Assembly: GCA_945871105.1 (NCBI GenBank)
Contig: CAMBUO010000003.1
Coordinates: forward strand, 9,747-73,746
Length of the DNA: 64,000 bases
From: an uncultured Clostridia bacterium
Lineage (GTDB): Bacteria; Bacillota_I; Bacilli_A; RF39; UBA660
Direction: 5' to 3'
Both the position numbers and the translations under genes were made by a program. The notes beneath the pieces were generated by a model that ran no database searches, had not been told where the DNA came from, and saw only the letters and a program-made list of their open reading frames with translations. Below are positions 56,008-64,000 of this stretch, piece after piece (positions within the stretch are counted from its first letter, which is position 1; every line of letters starts with the position of its first letter).

Positions 56008-56661
56008 ATGAAGATAATTATATTAGTTTTATTATTACTTTTAACAGGTTGTTCTAAGGAAAATGTAGTAAATGAAGTTAAGGGAGTAGAAAATACTTTA
56101 AAAGCTGAAAATTATGTTGATGATAATCCCATTGAAATAGGTTTATATAAAAATATAAATGGTGTTTATAAAATTCAAAAAGAATTTATTAGTCCTATGA
56201 ATAGTTTAAAGGATATTGGAGTATTTTCAATTATTTTATCTAATCAAGAAGAAGAAAGAGGAAAATTTAAAAACTTATATGCTAGTTATAGTTCTAATTA
56301 TGAAAATTTTTCTCATTATAAAATTGGTTATGAATTAATTATTAATTTAAATGATGGAACTAGTATAAAAGAAACTATTTTAAAACCTAAGTATTTTACT
56401 AATTATACTTTTAGTGATTATTTATATATTTGGTTATATGATGATATTAACAATAGTGGATGGTATTCCCATATTGAAGAAAATGAATATAATGATTCAA
56501 CTGTTATGACAAGTATTAAATTAATGGCAACAGAGAAGGGTAATCAAGAAATTAAAAACGTCTTAGTAACAGTTTTTACTTATGATGAAGATGATTTTGA
56601 TAGTAAAAATAATTATCGTGGTATTAGTAAGTATACTTTAAATATAAAAAAAGAAGATTAA
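56008..56661 (+). CDS. Lipoprotein, function unknown
   Basis: The signal peptide carries the lipobox LLLTGCS. Confidence 0.7.
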   Translation: MKIIILVLLLLLTGCSKENVVNEVKGVENTLKAENYVDDNPIEIGLYKNINGVYKIQKEFISPMNSLKDIGVFSIILSNQEEERGKFKNLYASYSSNYENFSHYKIGYELIINLNDGTSIKETILKPKYFTNYTFSDYLYIWLYDDINNSGWYSHIEENEYNDSTVMTSIKLMATEKGNQEIKNVLVTVFTYDEDDFDSKNNYRGISKYTLNIKKED

Positions 56662-58484
56662 ATAGATTTATTTTTATCTTCTAAGTTAAAATCATTATCT
56701 TCTGGTAATATATAAGGGAAGTAAAGTTCTTCTCTTTTTTCATGACTAATTTCTTGTTCATTTTTTAGATTATTTAATGTATTTTCATCTAAATTATTTA
56801 AAACTTTTATACCTGTTAAATTAGCTTGTAAAATAATTTCATCTTTTATAGGTTTATTAATTCTTGTTACTAAGTAATGACCGATTTTGGTTAATAAATT
56901 AATGTAATCATTTTCTTCTTGACAATTCTTTAGGGCTTGATAAAATTTTTGACTATTCGGATCACACTCGAAAGAATCGATAACTGAAGTTGTAATATCT
57001 TTATACGTATATAAAAGTTTTTCTTTAAATGTTTTATTTTGAGTAAGGATAGAATCTTTATTTAGCTTTCTTTTTAATAGAAAGTTTACTTGATCATTAA
57101 ATTCTTGAAAATTATGAATATCTAAAATGATATTACTATAAGTATTATACTTAAAAAGTATATCTGATATTTGCATTTTATCAAAAGTCATTATAGCATG
57201 ATTTAAATAACTGTTTTCTAAATTATTATCCCAGGTAGGATCTGACATATATAATCCATGAATATTATATTTATCATCATCTAAATTAACAATAACTCTG
57301 GCATGACCGGCATATTCTACTGGTTTTTCTTCTAAGGTGAATCCTTTTTTATAAGATGTATCGACAGAAACACTTAAGTGCTGAGTATTAATTCCTACTT
57401 TATCAAGTAATACTTCTAATAATTTAGCATAGCCAGCACAAACCATATAGTCATTATCTAAAATATAGCGTAAATACCTTGAATATTCAGGATTTTCTGT
57501 ATTTTCTTTATATGGTTTAAAATTTTTAACTATATTATAAACAGCTATATATTTTTCTAAAGGACTTAAATTAGCTTTTTTAATAGGTTCTATCATACCA
57601 TCTAGTTTTTTTTCTTCATCTAAATATTGTTGATATGGATATTCATATAAATCATTTTTAATAATTAAATCAAGGTTATTATAGTTAGTTTTAAATAATT
57701 TTTGAAAAATATTTCTTTTATCAACTGGTATTTTAACAATAAATTTTTTATTTAGGTTATCTAAAATATCTAATTTTTCACTCATTAAAGTTAGTATTTC
57801 TTCTTCGGAATAATTATGATTATAATCACATATCATGATATCAATAATAGCATTATCGGGTAGAAAACGAAGATTCTCAAATTTTTCTTGTATCAAATTA
57901 TTTAAATATATACTAAGCTTATTAAGGTTCTTTAACTCATTTGGTGTTTTATAATCAAAGGCATATTTACTACATATTTTTTGTTTAATATTCTTTTTTT
58001 CTAAAGTAATATTCATGAATAAATTATCTATTTTTTTTAGTTGTTCTTCTGTTAACTCGATATCTTTTAAATATAACGTAGCATCTTGACGATTAGTTAT
58101 TAGATAGTCGAATAATTCATCATTAAATAAATTAGCATTTAAAGAAAAATAGGTTTCTTTTGAATTTTTGATATTTTTATTAAATGCTTTTATTATTTCC
58201 TGTTTATGTTTTTTAAAGAATTCAGGATGAATAACCGTATCATAATAATCATTAGTTGAAATAGCTACTTGATGATTATTATCTGTATAGGTTAAGTAAA
58301 TATTATTTTTATTGGCTTGATTATCTAAAGTATTATTAATAGGATCTCCTGGTTTGTATTGTTCAGTTACTAAAAAATCGGTATTTACTTCTCCCTTTTC
58401 AATATATTGTAGCAATTCGTTAATATCATTAGTAAATATATATTTATGTTTAAGATTTAAATTCCATAAATTTTTAATATTCAT
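56658..58484 (-). CDS. Large cytoplasmic protein with transglutaminase-like cysteine-protease core
   Basis: The Cys-His-Asp pattern is MVCAGYAKLLEVLLDKVGI ... YAGHARVIV ... YMSDPTWD, embedded in a 608-aa protein with no signal peptide. Confidence 0.6.
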   Translation of the reverse strand: MNIKNLWNLNLKHKYIFTNDINELLQYIEKGEVNTDFLVTEQYKPGDPINNTLDNQANKNNIYLTYTDNNHQVAISTNDYYDTVIHPEFFKKHKQEIIKAFNKNIKNSKETYFSLNANLFNDELFDYLITNRQDATLYLKDIELTEEQLKKIDNLFMNITLEKKNIKQKICSKYAFDYKTPNELKNLNKLSIYLNNLIQEKFENLRFLPDNAIIDIMICDYNHNYSEEEILTLMSEKLDILDNLNKKFIVKIPVDKRNIFQKLFKTNYNNLDLIIKNDLYEYPYQQYLDEEKKLDGMIEPIKKANLSPLEKYIAVYNIVKNFKPYKENTENPEYSRYLRYILDNDYMVCAGYAKLLEVLLDKVGINTQHLSVSVDTSYKKGFTLEEKPVEYAGHARVIVNLDDDKYNIHGLYMSDPTWDNNLENSYLNHAIMTFDKMQISDILFKYNTYSNIILDIHNFQEFNDQVNFLLKRKLNKDSILTQNKTFKEKLLYTYKDITTSVIDSFECDPNSQKFYQALKNCQEENDYINLLTKIGHYLVTRINKPIKDEIILQANLTGIKVLNNLDENTLNNLKNEQEISHEKREELYFPYILPEDNDFNLEDKNKSI

Positions 58485-58549
58485 ATTATCACCTATAATT
58501 ATTATAACATATAAATAAAAAAAGTAACTAGTTTCCTAATTACTTATTT

Positions 58550-59152
58550 TTATCTATTGTATAATTCAACGATTAATGATTCATTGATATCAGCAGATAA
58601 TTCATTACGTTCTGGTAATCTAACAAATTTAGCTGTATTATTGTTTTTATCAAAATCTAAATATTCAACTCTCTTAGTAACATTTTCAAGAGCTTCTTTA
58701 ACACATTTTAAATCTTTAGAATTTTCTTTTAAAGCAATAACTTGACCAACTTTTACTCTGTATGATGGAATATCAACTTTTTTACCATCAACAGTAATAT
58801 GACCATGATTAACAAGTTGTCTTGCACCACGTCTTGTATTAGCAAATCCCATTCTGTAAACTAAATTATCTAGTCTACTTTCAAGAAGTTTTAAGAAGTT
58901 TTCACCATGAATACCTTGTAATTTACCAGCTTCAACGAAAGTTTTATGGAATTGTCTTTCATTAAGTCCATACATGAATTTAACTTTTTGTTTTTCTTTT
59001 AATTGTTCTCCATAGTTAGATAACTTTCCTTGTTTTTTAGTTCCATGCATACCAGGTCTATATGGACGTCTTGCTAAATCTTTACCATTTTCAAGTGTAG
59101 AGAATCCAACACTACGACTTCTTTTATAACTTGGTCCTGTGTATCTTGACAT
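58550..59152 (-). CDS. rpsD: 30S ribosomal protein S4
   Basis: [17 protein letters not shown]-terminus and an S4 RNA-binding domain. GGAGG RBS; the ORF-track start is 59167. Confidence 0.96.
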   Translation of the reverse strand: MSRYTGPSYKRSRSVGFSTLENGKDLARRPYRPGMHGTKKQGKLSNYGEQLKEKQKVKFMYGLNERQFHKTFVEAGKLQGIHGENFLKLLESRLDNLVYRMGFANTRRGARQLVNHGHITVDGKKVDIPSYRVKVGQVIALKENSKDLKCVKEALENVTKRVEYLDFDKNNNTAKFVRLPERNELSADINESLIVELYNR

Positions 59153-59309
59153 ATTTTCCTCCTTCAATATTATTCATAAACATTGATATTTATCACTTTC
59201 TTAGGGAGTTTCTTTTAATATTTTCACTACATAACCGATAGTTACTAATAAACTCAAAAAACACATTAAAAAAGCTGATAAACTGGGTTATCAATTGAAT
59301 ATGTACTCA

Positions 59310-59338
59310 TATTATATAAGAGTAGTAAACTTTTGTCA
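59310..59338 (-). promoter_or_regulatory. Consensus sigma-A promoter of rpsD, followed by a ~150-nt leader
   Basis: On the minus strand: TTGACA, 17-nt spacer, TATAAT. The long 5' UTR is consistent with S4 autoregulation known in Bacillus. Confidence 0.7.
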
Positions 59339-59409
59339 ATTAAATTTTTAAAAATACTAGGCAAAAACTAAAAAAAATAGTATTATGATGAATAGGAGGA
59401 AAAGATAAG

Positions 59410-60288
59410 ATGATATTAAATATAATTTTAGGTTTTTGTATGGCTTTAGCTGATAGTGTTCCCGGGGTATCAGGAGGAACAGTTGCTTTTTTATTAGGTT
59501 TTTATGATGAATTTATTAACTCGTTAAATTACTTAATTAAAGGATGTAAAGAAGAAAGAATTAAAGCTATTAAATTTTTAATTAAATTATTAATAGGTTG
59601 GGTAGTAGGAATGGCTTTAGCTGTTTCCATTCTTGCTAATGTTTTTGATCAAGGTATTTATAAAATAAGTTCTTTATTTTTAGGACTTGTAATTACTTCT
59701 ATTCCTATTATGATTATGGAAGAAAAGAAAAATTTAATAAATAAAAAAAATATGTTATTCATGATACCAGGTATTCTTTTAGTTGTAGTTTTATCAATTA
59801 TTAAAGTGACTAAAGGATTAGATTTACAAAATTTAAATTTAGGTATGATTATCTATATTATGATATCAGGGATGTTAGCAATTTCAGCCATGGTATTACC
59901 AGGTATTTCAGGATCAACTTTATTATTATCATTTGGTTTATATATACCAATTATAACAGCTATTAAAAATCTTCTTCATTTTGATTTTTCAGGATTTTCT
60001 CTTTTACTTATTTTTGGTATAGGAGTATTACTTGGTATTTTTGTCTCAATTCGAGGCATAAAGAAAGTTTTAGAGAAATATCGTAGTCAAACTTTATATG
60101 TGATTATAGGTATGATGATAGGTTCTCTTTATGCTATAATTGTTGGACCAACAACTTTAAAAGTTCCAAAAGAAGCCATGAATTTTAGTAATTTCTCGAT
60201 TATTTATTTTCTAATAGGAATATTAATTGTTTTTGGTTTACAAAAGATGAAAAGTTTACCATTTTATAAAAAAGAATTAAAGAAATAG
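59410..60288 (+). CDS. DUF368 family membrane protein (PopT-type undecaprenyl-phosphate translocase family)
   Basis: The motif DSVPGVSGGT is repeated as LPGISGST in the second half. About 8 TM helices. Confidence 0.75.
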   Translation: MILNIILGFCMALADSVPGVSGGTVAFLLGFYDEFINSLNYLIKGCKEERIKAIKFLIKLLIGWVVGMALAVSILANVFDQGIYKISSLFLGLVITSIPIMIMEEKKNLINKKNMLFMIPGILLVVVLSIIKVTKGLDLQNLNLGMIIYIMISGMLAISAMVLPGISGSTLLLSFGLYIPIITAIKNLLHFDFSGFSLLLIFGIGVLLGIFVSIRGIKKVLEKYRSQTLYVIIGMMIGSLYAIIVGPTTLKVPKEAMNFSNFSIIYFLIGILIVFGLQKMKSLPFYKKELKK

Positions 60289-60342
60289 AAAAAAATTTGT
60301 AATTTCATATAATATGGTATAATGATATTAACAGGTGATGAA

Positions 60343-61434
60343 ATGAAAGTAATGATAAGTGCTGGGGGAACCGGTGGGCATATTTATCCAGCTATTAGTA
60401 TTATTAATAAAATTAAAGAAAATGATAAAACAGCTGAATTTCTTTATATAGGAACAACTGATCGGATGGAACATGAAATAATTCCTAAGCAAAATATTCC
60501 TTATGTCGGAATTGAAATGAAAGGTTTAAGTAAAAATATTTTTAAAGATATTAAAAGTTGTTATTTATTAAGTAAATCTTTAATTAAAATAAAAAAAGTT
60601 ATTAAAGAATTTAACCCCGATATTGTAATAGGTGTCGGTGGTTATGTAACTTTTCCAGTTATTTATATGGCTAAAAAATTAGGATATAAAACATTTATTC
60701 ATGAACAAAACTCCATTCCGGGTAAATCGAATAAATTATTAATTAAATATACGGATAAAATTGCTGTTAGTTTACCTGGCAGTTTAGAATATTTTCCCAA
60801 AGAAAAAACCATTTATACTGGTAATCCTCGTAGTAGTGAAGCTATTAAAGCTCTTCCTATTAAAAAATATGAATTAGGATTAACAGAGAATAAACAATTA
60901 GTTTTAATTGTAATGGGATCATTAGGCTCAATGACTATTAATAAAGAATTAGAAAAAATTGCTCTTAAATTCAAAGATAAAGATTATGAAGTTATTATTG
61001 TAACTGGTAAAGATTACTTTGATAAATTCCAAGATATTAAAGTTAAAAATGTTCGAATTGTTCCTTTTTTAAATAATATGTTGAATGTTTTAAAAGTTTG
61101 TGATTTAATAGTAACCCGGGCTGGTGCTTCGACAATTGCCGAGATAACAGCCATTGGTTTACCTAGTATTTTAGTACCAAGTCCATATGTTGCTAATAAC
61201 CATCAATTATATAATGCTATGGAACTTGTGAATAATAAAGCCAGTGTTTTATTAGAGGAAAAAGATTTTAATGCTAATAATCTTTTAACAAAAATTGATG
61301 AAGTTTTAAATAATAAAAAAATGTTACAAGAAATGCATAAAAATGCTTTAAAATTAGGAAAACCAAATAGTAGTGATTTAATTTATAAATCAATTAAAGA
61401 GTTGGTAGGTAATGAGGATGGAAAAAGTAATTAA
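60343..61434 (+). CDS. murG: UDP-N-acetylglucosamine--N-acetylmuramyl-(pentapeptide) pyrophosphoryl-undecaprenol GlcNAc transferase
   Basis: MISAGGTGGHIYPA and TRAGASTIAEITAIGLPSILVP. The ORF-track start is 60322. Confidence 0.93.
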   Translation: MKVMISAGGTGGHIYPAISIINKIKENDKTAEFLYIGTTDRMEHEIIPKQNIPYVGIEMKGLSKNIFKDIKSCYLLSKSLIKIKKVIKEFNPDIVIGVGGYVTFPVIYMAKKLGYKTFIHEQNSIPGKSNKLLIKYTDKIAVSLPGSLEYFPKEKTIYTGNPRSSEAIKALPIKKYELGLTENKQLVLIVMGSLGSMTINKELEKIALKFKDKDYEVIIVTGKDYFDKFQDIKVKNVRIVPFLNNMLNVLKVCDLIVTRAGASTIAEITAIGLPSILVPSPYVANNHQLYNAMELVNNKASVLLEEKDFNANNLLTKIDEVLNNKKMLQEMHKNALKLGKPNSSDLIYKSIKELVGNEDGKSN

Positions 61435-62350
61435 TGAAATTATGAATAAAAAGATAGGTGATGTTATTGTTAATGCTAGTTTAGCTAAATACACAACCTA
61501 TAAAGTTGGAGGGATAGCAAGAGCTGTTGTTTACCCCAAAGATACTTTAAAATTAGTGGAATTAATGGAAATTATAAGGGAACATGATGTTAAACATTTT
61601 ATTTTAGGAAATGGTAGCAATGTTTTATTTAGTGATAATGTATATGAAGGAATTATTATTAAGTTAGATAATTTTGATAATATTGAATTTTTTGATCGAA
61701 AAATTAAAGTAGGAGCAGGTTATAGTTTAATTAAGTTGGCTAATGAAGCAATGAAAAGAGGCCTTGCTGGTTTAGAATTTGCTTCTGGTATTCCCGGAAC
61801 GATTGGGGGAGCTATTTTCATGAATGCTGGTGCCTATAATTCAGATATGTCAAAAATTGTGGAAAGTGTAACCGTTTTAACCCCTGACTTAAAAGTAATA
61901 AATCTTCGTAACAAGGAAATGCTATTTGGTTATCGAGAAAGTTTTTTACAACATAACCGAGGATTTATTTGTTTAGGTGCTATCTTAAAATTAAAACATG
62001 GAGATCGCGATATTTTAGAAGAAGTGATGAAAGATCGTAAACTAAAAAGAAAAAGAACACAACCCTTAGAATATCCATCAGCAGGTTCGGTGTTTAGAAA
62101 TCCTGAAGGAATGTATGCCGGAGCTATCATCGAAGAATTAAATTTAAAAGGATATCAAGTAGGTGGAGCGAAAATAAGTGAAAAACATGCAAATTTTATT
62201 ATCAACGTTGGCAATGCTAAAGCCTCAGATATCAAACAAATAATTGATTTAGTTAAAGAAAAAGTTAAAGAAAAATATAATATAGCTTTAAGAGTTGAAC
62301 AAAGACTCGTGAATTGGAATATTGAAAATGAAGAAAAAAAAGAAGAATAA
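61412..62350 (+). CDS. murB: UDP-N-acetylenolpyruvoylglucosamine reductase
   Basis: TTYKVGG, GNGSN, and AGSVFRNP...GAKISEKHANFI. The start could instead be 61418. Confidence 0.92.
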   Translation: MRMEKVINEIMNKKIGDVIVNASLAKYTTYKVGGIARAVVYPKDTLKLVELMEIIREHDVKHFILGNGSNVLFSDNVYEGIIIKLDNFDNIEFFDRKIKVGAGYSLIKLANEAMKRGLAGLEFASGIPGTIGGAIFMNAGAYNSDMSKIVESVTVLTPDLKVINLRNKEMLFGYRESFLQHNRGFICLGAILKLKHGDRDILEEVMKDRKLKRKRTQPLEYPSAGSVFRNPEGMYAGAIIEELNLKGYQVGGAKISEKHANFIINVGNAKASDIKQIIDLVKEKVKEKYNIALRVEQRLVNWNIENEEKKEE

Positions 62351-62999
62351 AAAGAAAATAATTTTAAAAATATTAATTATAATTATTATCCTCGGAAGTT
62401 TAATTTTCTATTTTAAAAATATGAAAATTAAAAATATCTATGTTACAGGAAATAATAATTTAAAAGATCAAGAAATAATAGAATTAGCTGGTATTAATAA
62501 TTATCCTAATCTATTTCAAATATCATCAAGAAAAATAGAAAAGAAAATTAAATTAAATCCCTTAATCGATTCTGTTAAAGTAAAAAAAACATTTTTTGGT
62601 AAAATTACTATTAATATTAAAGAATATAATCTATTACTTAAAAATGAAATAGATAATACTATTTATTTAGATAATGGTCAAAAAATAACTAATGATATCA
62701 ATATAATAGGTTTACCAACTTTAACAAATGATGTTGATAAAGATATCTTAAATAATTTTTTAAAGAAATTAAATACTATTAATAAAGATATCCTTAGTAA
62801 AATATCGGAAATTACTTATTCTCCGAATGAATACGATAAAGATTTATTTTTATTCTTAATGAATGATGGTAATTATGTTTATATAACAACAACAAGATTA
62901 GATAATATTAATAAATATGAAAATGTTTTACTAGAATTAGAAGGTAAAAAAGGTATTATTTATTTAGATAGTGGTAATCATTTTGAAATACTTGAATAA
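62322..62999 (+). CDS. divIB: Cell division protein DivIB/FtsQ (POTRA domain)
   Basis: A K-rich N-terminus and one TM helix are followed by the POTRA-like segment IKNIYVTGNNNLKDQEIIELAG. Its position after murB supports the call. Confidence 0.75.
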   Translation: MKMKKKKKNKKKIILKILIIIIILGSLIFYFKNMKIKNIYVTGNNNLKDQEIIELAGINNYPNLFQISSRKIEKKIKLNPLIDSVKVKKTFFGKITINIKEYNLLLKNEIDNTIYLDNGQKITNDINIIGLPTLTNDVDKDILNNFLKKLNTINKDILSKISEITYSPNEYDKDLFLFLMNDGNYVYITTTRLDNINKYENVLLELEGKKGIIYLDSGNHFEILE

Positions 63000-63068
63000 T
63001 TTAGATAAAATTCTTTCCAAGGAAAGGATTTTTTGCTATAATTTGGTTTGTAAAGTTAGGTGAATACT

Positions 63069-63770
63069 ATGTATGATATAAATTTAGATAATTTTCAAGG
63101 ACCAATGGATTTACTTTTACATTTAATTAAAAAGAAGAAAATGAATATTTTAGATATTAAATTAGAAATTATTATAGATGAATATTTAGAATATATAAAA
63201 AAATGTGAAGATTTAAATTTAAATATAGCTAGTTCTTATTTAGTTATGGCCTCTGAATTATTAGAAATAAAATCAAGAATGTTACTTCCGCATGAAGAAG
63301 AAGTTTTGGAAGAAGATTTAGAAACTAATTTAAAAAATCGTTTAATTCAGTATGAAAAATATAAAAATATGGTAAATGTTTTTAAAGAATTAGAAGAAGA
63401 AAGAAAAGATTTTAAAACGAAGAGTCCTACTAGTATTTTAGAATATAAAGAAAATGAAGTTATTCATAGTTCTTTAGAAGTAGATGCTTTAAAAAAAGCT
63501 TATGAAGAATTATTAAAAAGAATTGAAGATGAGAAACCAGTTCAAACAAAAGTTACTAAAAAGGAAATATCTGTTGATGATCAAATTAATAAAATAAGAG
63601 AAAAGTTTAAACAAGAAAAACAAATTAATTTTTTTGATTTATTTGAATTTAAAGATAAAAGTTATTTAGTTGTTACTTTTTTAGCTATTTTAGAAATGGC
63701 TAAAAATAAAGAAATTGTTATTAAGCAAAATAGTAACTTTGCAAATATTGTATGTGAGGTAGTAGAATGA
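63069..63770 (+). CDS. scpA: Segregation and condensation protein A
   Basis: LDNFQGPMDLLLHLIKKKKMNILDI and ASSYLVMASELLEIKSRMLLP. The ORF-track GTG start is at 63060. Confidence 0.92.
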   Translation: MYDINLDNFQGPMDLLLHLIKKKKMNILDIKLEIIIDEYLEYIKKCEDLNLNIASSYLVMASELLEIKSRMLLPHEEEVLEEDLETNLKNRLIQYEKYKNMVNVFKELEEERKDFKTKSPTSILEYKENEVIHSSLEVDALKKAYEELLKRIEDEKPVQTKVTKKEISVDDQINKIREKFKQEKQINFFDLFEFKDKSYLVVTFLAILEMAKNKEIVIKQNSNFANIVCEVVE

Positions 63771-64000
63771 ATTTAAAAGGTGTTTTAGAAGGTATTTTAT
63801 TTGTGGTAGGTGATGATGGAGTTACTTTAAAAGAATTAGAAGAAATATTAAATATTAAAAAAGAAGAAGTTAAAGACTTAATTTTAGAATTAAAGCATGA
63901 TTATGAAAATACTGATCGAGGAATTAGATTAAGTATTTTAGGCGATGCTTTTAAATTAACTACCAAAAAAGAACATAAAGAGTATTATCAAAAATTATTA
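63767..64000 (+). CDS. scpB: Segregation and condensation protein B (N-terminal part; 3' end outside window)
   Basis: An ATGA overlap links it to the scpA stop. The translation MNLKGVLEGILFVVGDDGVTLKELEEIL... matches the ScpB N-terminus. Confidence 0.88.
   Translation, partial: MNLKGVLEGILFVVGDDGVTLKELEEILNIKKEEVKDLILELKHDYENTDRGIRLSILGDAFKLTTKKEHKEYYQKLL

Noticed and set aside
1-64000. Possible Mollicutes-type genetic code (TGA = Trp), given the extreme AT content.
   Set aside because: TGA ends clpC (7730..7732) and scpA (63768..63770, overlapping the scpB ATG) exactly where homologues end. Trp positions in conserved motifs are TGG. Peptidoglycan genes are present.
1-64000. CRISPR arrays, rRNA genes, integrases/transposases and prophage structural genes.
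   Set aside because: I saw no regularly spaced direct repeats, no rRNA-like sequence, and no tyrosine/serine recombinase, DDE transposase, capsid, portal or terminase motifs. The accessory patches therefore cannot be shown to be mobile from this window alone.

Overview
This is a 64-kb chromosomal segment from a very AT-rich, low-GC Gram-positive (Bacillota-type) bacterium. It uses the standard genetic code: TGA terminates clpC and scpA, and Trp is TGG. I count about 60 protein genes, one tRNA-Leu(CAA), a Tyr T-box leader, a SAM-I (S-box) riboswitch and ribosomal-protein leaders. The core genes are asnS (5' partial), clpC, a FemAB-type transferase, spo0A, pgk/tpiA, rplM-rpsI, tyrS, S41 and HtrA proteases, uvrB, dut-nrdG-nrdD, a Crp/Fnr regulator, metK, rpsD, DUF368-murG-murB-divIB and scpA-scpB (3' partial). 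Three accessory-looking patches stand out. (1) At 15.5-21.9 kb there is a defence-type island: a UvrD-like helicase, a T5orf172 / N6A-methyltransferase / DUF262-HNH operon, an XRE-ImmA + PIN pair, and a nested inverted repeat. (2) At 36.4-40.2 kb there is an operon of an archaeal-type methionine adenosyltransferase, a stand-alone AlaRS-catalytic-core paralogue, an S51 peptidase-like protein and a Cof HAD hydrolase. (3) At 40.5-46.4 kb there is a tightly coupled four-gene operon of unrecognisable coiled-coil/helical-repeat proteins, followed by a DUF308 membrane protein and a HEPN-type Abi gene fused into the htrA transcription unit. I saw no integrase, transposase, rRNA, prophage structural genes or CRISPR array. 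All family assignments come from motif recognition by eye and all coordinates of short motifs were hand-indexed. No database search was run.
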